DNA from: Eledone cirrhosa
Taxonomy: Eukaryota
Direction of reading: 5' to 3'
DNA: 64,000 nucleotides
Assembly: GCA_964016885.1 (NCBI GenBank)
Contig: OZ024743.1
Location: forward strand, 95,108,001 to 95,172,000
Below are positions 55,568 through 64,000 of this stretch, one piece after another; the first letter of the stretch is position 1; each line of letters opens with the position of its first letter. Position numbers and translations under genes: made by a program. The notes below the pieces were generated by a model. It saw only the letters and a program-made list of their open reading frames with translations. It did not search any database and was not told where the DNA came from.

Positions 55568-57988
55568 GATATATATAAATAAAATACGCACATACACGCA
55601 TATATACATATACATAAGTGTATATATCCGTGAAACAACTAAGTTCGCTGTGAAGTAATGGTGTATTCTCCTAAACAGAACCAACCGCAAAACCGACTAA
55701 AGAATTTTCAGAACCTGTAATGGACCTTCGTCGGTTTCGATGATGAATATCTTAATGGTTCGATGAATGGAACATCCAGCTCATGACATAAATATGTGAA
55801 TAGTTGAGTATTCCACAAACAAAACGTAATCATCAAGGAAATTCAGTGTGACCCAGTGTGTAACAAGGTTGGACTTTTCAATTACTAACCCAATCTTTCC
55901 GACAGGTTTCCAAACATTTCCATCTATCGGAGTTCACTCACAAGGGGTGAGTTGACTCGAGGCGACGGTAAATTACACTTGCCTGAGATGTTGTGCAGTG
56001 GAATCGGACCCGGGATCAAACGATTGCAAAGGAAACTTAACCACTCAACCATGTTGCGCCTATAAATGATTAGAATGTGTAAGGTAATAAGATGTTATGT
56101 CTTCTTTTTGGCCCCATTCGGTCACGAATGACCATGGTTTTGCACCTAGAAAGTTTACCTCCGAGGTGCAAGCCCGGGCAAGGTTTTTTTGTGAAAGACC
56201 AGCAGTCGCCCATGCATACCAGCCTCCCCCCTCTACGCTACCGATGTTGTCCAAGGGAAAGGCAACATGTTTATGTAGGGAGAGAATATAGAGACGAGGC
56301 TAAACAGTTCTAAATTCAGCTAACAGAAAGATTCAAGGAAAACTAGCTAACAATACTGATTTAGACACAAATTGATGGAGAACGTTATAAGTTTACGTTA
56401 CATGCGATCGATCATGTGCATAACAGAACATATAACATAAATCGAAGTTCCTATTTCCTTTTACATCGAATGTATTATTCATTCGTGTTAGAATTGCAAC
56501 GAATAATTGCAGCAACTGAAGAGGATCGAAATAATGGAGATATGACGAAAATGAAGGATTATACTTCTTGAAAATAACATCAATTGATTACGAAACAATA
56601 TCAGACAAGTGGATATATCATATGAAGTATAGTGAATAATATATTTACACTCCGCAAAAATTACAAGTATAAGGTCTACTGGTTACTTCGTTGAATGTTT
56701 TACTTCCGAACCACTCTTAAATTATATGAGTGTTGAGAATTTTACCTGAATGATTGAAGGTTTAGCTGCAGCGAAAAGCATTTTATATACAAAAAAAGAA
56801 AAAGAAAAATAAGTCAGGTGAGAGGAAATCAGTGATAGTTTCTGTCAGTAAATAGAATTCTGAACCATGAGAAGAAGTGAGTTCTAACCTTCATAAACAA
56901 GCTGCTCTCATGAAAAGAAAGTAATTCTTCTGGACACTGAAAATGTATTTGTCCCCATCATTCATTCAAGAATACTAGTCATTGTACCTTACTTGATGTC
57001 AGAAGAAACCTAACTAAAATATTCTCCATGTGGCCGTTACTGAGAACTAAATTAACTACAATTGTCATAAACAGAATCAGTTTATTAATGGATGGCCGGC
57101 TTTTCCATATCGTTCTTTATCAGCTCACTTAATCTCATGAGAGTCTCGTTGAGCAAAGACCGAATCAATATACTTTGACCAGCACATTAAGACAAAATCA
57201 ATGTAACCTACAACTTTTTTTATCAAGGATCTGAAGTTGTTCTCTGGTAATTTGTTTGGCGCCAAGATATAATTACGGCTGGCCACACTGTTAACATAGG
57301 ACATTGGAACGGAAATTGGTGATGATAAGTGTTTGTGCCTAGCAATCAATCGAGATAAGACCGTTGACCAGGCAACATACATTTATCAATGGGGTATCAA
57401 CCGCACCTGTTTCCGATGATGTAGCGCTGTAATTAGACACGAACAATGACTATAATTGTAAGTAAATCTAGAATGGCAAAATAGTACTGGAGCAGGTTTC
57501 GGAAGGTATGCAATTTAAAGTTGTCATTCTTAAAAAAAAAATCAATTTTTAATGACTTCATAATATGTCAGAAATTGCACTAAACAGTTGAATACATCTG
57601 CCATCAGGAGATCAATTAGAGGAAAAGTTAACGACTTCCCGAATGTCCACATTAGTAGTGACATAAACGGGATCTATCTCACAACGAGGATAACGATGAT
57701 CAATGCGATAAGAGCAAATACAGGCGTTACTCGAAGCATTGTTCCATAACTCTGTGTCTGAATATTAGTTTGACATTTTCCTTAACTTCTCTACCCACCC
57801 TAAAAGTACTCACGCACTATGTTCGTATATATATTAGATTATACATTACATTATGCATTCAGTAGATGAAGTATACTAAAAGTCTCATCAGAATCCACAT
57901 ACGATTTAACCGCAAGAATTGTATAAGTAGAAGCGCAATAACTACTACAAGTTCTCATAATTTTCTAACTGACAGTTCACTGTTACAG

Positions 57989-59021
57989 TTATATTTAATA
58001 GGATCAAAAGATCAAAAGATGGTTAAAAGAGTTCCATGTATTTTATTATGCGCATTTCAAAAACAAATATCATCATGAGATGACATTTGCGTTTTCGTCA
58101 GATAAAAAAGGGAGACATGATATGAAGGTTAAAAAACACTTGTGAATAGTGCAGTTCTAAATCAACATATAAAAAGTAATTTAAGATTGATGTGTGATAT
58201 TGGGAAAAAATGAGGGGTGTGGGGGTGGAAAGGATGAAAAAGAGGATAAGATGAGAGTAAAGAATGGTGGGGGAGGATTATAATAATTCTTCTTTGCTTT
58301 CTGCGCTCATTTGTAAACAAACTATTTACATATATTACGCATACATATTACATTACATAAAAACAAACTTAAACACTAACTAATTCCTCTAAATTCATAA
58401 TTCATCCACTCTTCTACTTCTTTTCACATTATATCCTTAATAACATTAATATTTTTATTTTAATAATACATATTAACAATTTCTTCTCATCGCACATATT
58501 ATTAAACCCTTCAATATACAAACCTTAATTTAACATTATTCTTAATTTATTTCCCTTCATTAATTTTTTTTTCTCTTCATAAATTTTCAAATTCTTTTAA
58601 ATTATATATTATCTTCCAACGGCTTTTTAACCTCTCTCTGTGAAATAATATATTTTTCTCAGTTATAAAGGCTATCTCTCTCTTTCTATCACCCGTCTCT
58701 TCTCCTACTTCATCCTTCCTTATTATACTCTTCCCCCACCATTCTTTACTCTCATCTCATCCTCTTTTTCATCCTTTCCACCCCCCACCCCCGCCTCGTT
58801 TTTTCCCCAATATCACACATCAATCTTAAATTACTTTTCATATGTTGATTTAAAACTGCACTATTCACAAGTGTTTTTTAACCTTCATATCATGTCTCCC
58901 TATTTTATTTGACGAAAACGCAAATGTCATCTCATGATGATATTTGTTTTTGAAATGCGCATAATAAAATACATGGAACTCTTTTAACCATCTTTTGATC
59001 TTTTGATCCTATTAAATATAA
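57989..59021. mobile_element. Element with ~300-bp inverted arms (57989-58285 / 58721-59021), HHR in each arm
   Basis: Arms are reverse-complementary around a ~435-bp AT-rich spacer. Confidence 0.85.
58041..58107 (-). ncRNA. Type I minimal hammerhead ribozyme (plus-strand twin 58901-58971 has TTGACGA)
   Basis: ttttat-CTGACGA-aaa cg caaatgtcatc tcat gatgatatttg ttttt-GAAA-t-gcgc-a-TA^ataaaa; palindromic stem III atgcgcat. Confidence 0.85.
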
Positions 59022-59208
59022 ATAATCAAGGATTTGTGGTAAGGAACCAGATGGACCATAACGCACCAGAGTACTCAATACTTAGGGTAGTAGAGTGGGA
59101 GATAGGAAAAAGTATGACCCCGACGGCAGAGCTCAAGCCGTTTCGACGGCTATTTCCAGAAATAGCCGTCGAAACAGCTTGAGCTCTGCCGTCGGTATCA
59201 TACTTTTT

Positions 59209-59265
<57 letters not shown>

Positions 59266-59358
59266 GTTTACATATATATAAAGTCATAGATATATATGTT
59301 TTGCAACAGGTCACGTTGTGGCTCAATGAAGAATTAATAAATTAAATAATCAGAGCTA

Positions 59359-59523
59359 TATATCATAAAACATGTCTTTAGAATCACTAGATATAATATA
59401 TACCATTTCCTATCCCAATTAGCATAATTAACCATATAAAAAAAAAATTGTATATGGTTAATTATGCTAATTGGGAGAGGAAATGGTATATATTATATCT
59501 AGTGATTCTAAAGACATGTTTTA

Positions 59524-59530
<7 letters not shown>
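59359..59530. repeat. Fold-back palindrome, ~80-bp arms
   Basis: tatatcataaaacatgtctttagaatcac...aaccatata / tatatggtt...gtgattctaaagacatgttttatgatata. Confidence 0.85.
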
Positions 59531-59584
<54 letters not shown>

Positions 59585-60497
59585 GTATATTTACATACAC
59601 ATTCCTCACATCTTCAGTTAAATCCTATACTGTCTGAGTGCAAATAAGAATTTATGGATTCTAGACTGTTTGGAAATGTGACGACCATACCGAAATATAA
59701 CTGGACACGTGATATCGTGTTTGCTGTAATAAATAAAGTCATGCGCCCCTATTGAGAAATTTGTCTCAGAAACTGTATTATTTTAGTTGATCGACGTTTC
59801 TCAACTTCCTATATCATATAGTGAACGCAGCTTAGCAGAAAAGGTTAAAGAGTTTGCTTCGGAATCATTTGGTTACGGGTTCAATCACACTGCTTTCAAC
59901 AAATTTCTATTAGGAGATGAAGGAAAGTAAGTATCCGATGGATCAGGCTTTATGGACGTTAAGGAAAGGGTGAAAGAGAGATTCAAGGTTTGTAGAGTGT
60001 CATTGGTAATGGCTGTCACTATTTCCTTTAATTCTTAAAAGTGAGTACAAGAGAGCAATAGTTCTCAAGGTTTCTATTATTTATAATATTAATCTTTACA
60101 TGTGAAACACCTTATTTTATAGCTTGATCAGTGGCTAAATGCGATGTTTTTTTCTTCGAAACTGGTGGTGGGGAGAATGGATAAATAAGCTGTAACTTAT
60201 AGAACACCCACAGACCGGAGACTTGGTACGGGTACTTGTAACAGAATAGACGCAGCCAAAGACCCTTAACGAAGACATAGTGGTGTAAAACTTCTACCTG
60301 GCAAAATCATGCACTGTGCATTTGACGGGTTTCCACACGGTTTCAACATATCAAATTTCCCAAGTTAGGTTTCGATCAACTCGGACCACGATAGAAAAGC
60401 GTTGGCCCAATTGTCAGCCAATGGTGTCAGACTCGAAACAATGTGATAGCGACCACACCTGTATCACATGGATGTTATACACAGCTTTTCTTTATAA

Positions 60498-60850
60498 TAG
60501 TTGTTTCTACTATTGGCACAAGCCAGCAACTATTCCAGTGCATTACTGGACTTTATTTTATCGACCCCGTAAGGATGAAAGGCAAATTAACCTTGACGGG
60601 AGTTGAGCTCAGTCCATAAAGGGACGTAACTCTTTGCTGCCAATCCACCACCCTTTTCTTTATAATAATGGTTTCTACTTTTGGCACAAGGCCAGCAATT
60701 ACCCAGTAGATTACTGGCACTTTATTTTATCGACTCCGTAAGGATGAAAGGCAAAGTTAACCTCGGCGGGATTTGAACTCAGACCGCAAAGGGACGTAAC
60801 TATGTTGGAAAGCATGGCGTCCGACCCTCTACCGATACTGCCAATCCACC
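60498..60850 (-). mobile_element. Tandem pair of Nin-SINEs
   Basis: Reverse complement of the consensus, twice. Confidence 0.85.
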
Positions 60851-61933
60851 AATAAACTACAATATATAATAAATCATTCAAGTGATTGACTTTGCAATGT
60901 AGATGTTGAAGTGAAATTCTCCGATAATTGAACTATTTCATTTCTTAAAGTAAATCAATATTGGTAAAATATTTTCTTTTCTTCTAATTAATAAATTCAG
61001 TTAAAAATCACTAACGAATTAATTGTAATTAAATATAAAACAATAAAACTAAATACATTACTTTTGTAATCTATTTTTCTGTGAATATTATTTTCAGAAA
61101 CCCACTTGCCATAATTGAACTCAGCATTAATAATCTAACTTCACCGACTCTAAAAATGTTACCATAACAGTAAAATAACATAATAAAGATATAATTAAAT
61201 GGTTCCCTTCACAAAGCAGAAAGACTAATATGATTAGTTAAGAAGACATTTATTTTGTGCAAACGTTTGACTTAATGGCAGATTATTAACACAATGAATT
61301 AGAAGTAAATGTTCGCATATATTTTATAAGATAAAAACAACGAAACAATATTGATGTATGAAAAAGAATCTCGTATCCCTTAAAATAATCCGTATACCCA
61401 GAGCCTAAAAACTTGAACTTGTAACGCTGAGTTTATTTTCTTATTGAAAGAATATAGAAAAAAGACAGGAAAAATAAATTTGAATATGTATATAAATTCT
61501 ATAAAGAACTAACGTTAAGGAAGTTTACTTAATTTTGTTAGTAATAAAAGATAAAATAGATATATTTGACAGTTCCTTTAAGCTACTAAACAACCAATGT
61601 CTACGCAATAGCAGTGGTCGACTTCTACTGATATAACTCAATAAGCAAGAATTATTATATATCTTTAGTCTATCTCTAATATTTACAATAGAAAACTACA
61701 AACTTACTAACGCCATCTCTTGGCTGAATTCTCTAAGCAGCTTTATTCAATCCTAAATATTTCTGAAGCCAAATGTTATTAGCCTACTTCGATTTACGTT
61801 CATCTGACAGACGATAATATCAACTTGAAACCATGATCGTACTTATAACTGCATTGAAATAAACAGCAACTACACAAACACACATATATATACACATACA
61901 CGCACATATCTGTATAATATATATATAGATATA

Positions 61934-62014
<81 letters not shown>

Positions 62015-62015
62015 T

Positions 62016-62087
62016 GATGTGTTGGTGTAAATGGTAGCACAGTGGTCCGGATAACCAAAGATGTGGGTTCGACTCCCATGTACGTCA
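62016..62087 (+). tRNA. tRNA-like cloverleaf (pseudo-tRNA or SINE head), nominal anticodon GGA
   Basis: Acceptor gatgtgt/gtacgtc (3 G.U pairs), D arm gtgt/gcac, anticodon arm tggt/acca with loop ccggata (no U33), T arm gtggg-ttcgact-cccat; T5 run at 62097-62101. Confidence 0.45.
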
Positions 62088-62190
62088 ATACTCATCTTTT
62101 TCCATCTCTCCGAGGGTTCTTAACCCCACTATGAGGCTAAATAATTTCTTTAATTGCTTTAGTCAAAATACGGCGATAGCTAACATTTCT

Positions 62191-62388
<198 letters not shown>

Positions 62389-62450
62389 TTCAGGTTATCA
62401 ATAATGTAGTGATAATATATCGTTACGTTAGAGATGAACAGAGTATATAT

Positions 62451-63809
62451 GGTACAACCCGGTCTATAACAACTCTATTAAAACCAATCTACCCTCACAA
62501 TTCTTTCGATTAGTTAAAAAACACTTTCCAACATCACATAAATATAATAAAATCTTAAACCCTAACACTATTCGACTTTCATATTCAACCGCCCCTAATA
62601 TTGAACAACATATAAAAAAGCTTAACGCAAAACGGTTGTATAAACGCCTTCCAACACATAACAATACACGTAAAACATTAGATATAACATCACAAAACAA
62701 CAAACAACATCACGTCCTACCTAAGCAACCTCATCAACCCATCCATGCCAATACAACAACGCAAAATTATAACTGTAACTGTGTCCAACCAGGGATGTGT
62801 CCGTTGAACAATCAGTGTCTTGAACGCAACATAATATACAAATGTACTATCGAATCGGATAGACAGAAGTGGTACTATGTGGGATCTACAGCCACCTCCT
62901 TCAAATCACGCCTTTATAGACATCGTTACTCGATAAAACATGAAAACCAGCGTTATGTAACAACACTCGCAGACAAGGCTTGACAGCTGCGTGAAAATAA
63001 CCAACAATTTAACCTAAAATGGGATATAATAGCGCTGCCCCTCCATAGTCCCACGGACAGGAATTTTGTAAATTATGTAATATGGAATTATTTTGTATTA
63101 TGAAATCCAAAAACATTTTATTAAATAACAGAATAGAGCGATCGTTATACTGTAACCATCGCTTAAAATCTACATTTTCATATTACAAATACTACCAGGA
63201 TTGAACGCCTGTCTCCATCTCCGTTTGATTGTCAAAATACATATTAACATTCTCTATTAGTCTTAATTCTATCAACTCTTCTATTATTTACCATTTAATA
63301 TAAACTGCTATAGATAAAATGAGATTTCTTAATTCAATTCCCTAATGCATATACCAGCTGGCTACTAGCAATGATGTTATTCAGTAGCAGTCGAAATCTC
63401 CCCCTTCCTTAATTGACACTTTATAATTAATACTACTACACCAAATGACCAGCCCTGTCCATTGTTCAATTGGTCAAGTATAGATTAAAATAGGCACTCC
63501 CAAAAATTCTTATTTAGATAAAATAAACCATTTACTCATTGTATTCTCATTAGAAACCCTTTATATACTTGTTTAGCAGTAAATTGAATTACCATTTGTC
63601 ATATACTATCCCCTCTCTTCTTCCTCTATTACAACTAATATAAATACTTAAATTTTTCTGATTTTTTCCAATTTATCCAAAATCTCTGAAGAAGTGACAA
63701 CTGATTATACATTTGCTATCGAATACTTGCTAACATTATATGATTACGTAAGCAATACCTAATAAATTCCTTTTTTTTAAAAAAAGCACTTTCATTTTAT
63801 ATTCATCTT

Positions 63810-63812
<3 letters not shown>
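62451..63812 (+). mobile_element. Penelope-like element, same family as 1-2030, 5'-truncated, ends in (TA)n
   Basis: GIY-YIG remnant NIIYKCTIESDRQKWYYVGST with W-to-stop (TGA at 62981-62983). The 3' UTR matches 1580-2030, but a deletion removes the GAAA-catatg-TC half of the HHR. Confidence 0.85.
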
Positions 63813-63903
<91 letters not shown>

Positions 63904-64000
63904 AGTACAAACTGCCACATAAAAATAAAAACACGACTAGGATCATGCAAAGAAAAGAAATCTAATATACATGACAGTCTTTATTTGTTTTAATCTTTAC

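Overview
AT-rich, microsatellite-dense eukaryotic DNA, most likely from an octopod cephalopod (inferred from many Nin-domain tRNA-SINEs and the (TA)n/(CA)n/(CATA)n load). There is one convincing host gene: a RASD/Rhes/Di-Ras-type small GTPase whose coding region is one exon (34036-34743, - strand), with a splice acceptor and uORFs in its 5' UTR. Most of the rest is transposon-derived: Penelope-like elements (PLEs, GIY-YIG endonuclease fragments, inverted pseudo-LTRs), a Chapaev3-type DNA transposon with intact termini and TAA target-site duplication (TSD), R4/Dong-, RTE- and L1/Tx1-type LINE 3' ends, Tc1-like MITEs, a Helentron-like element, SINEs and minisatellites. The main hidden signal is about 25 hand-folded type I hammerhead ribozyme (HHR) motifs from more than 10 apparent repeat families. 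Many sit in (TA)n-flanked fold-back palindromes, one on each strand. Several families carry recurrent non-canonical cores (CAGAAGA, CTGAGAA, TTGACGA, U.U at the base of stem II) or long/branched stem II domains. A non-coding ~1.0-kb tandem repeat (37158-38966) has one intact branched-stem-II HHR per unit, predicting a 1002-nt retrozyme-like monomer RNA. All folds were done by eye and no ribozyme activity has been tested. Most ORF-track entries are microsatellite translations.
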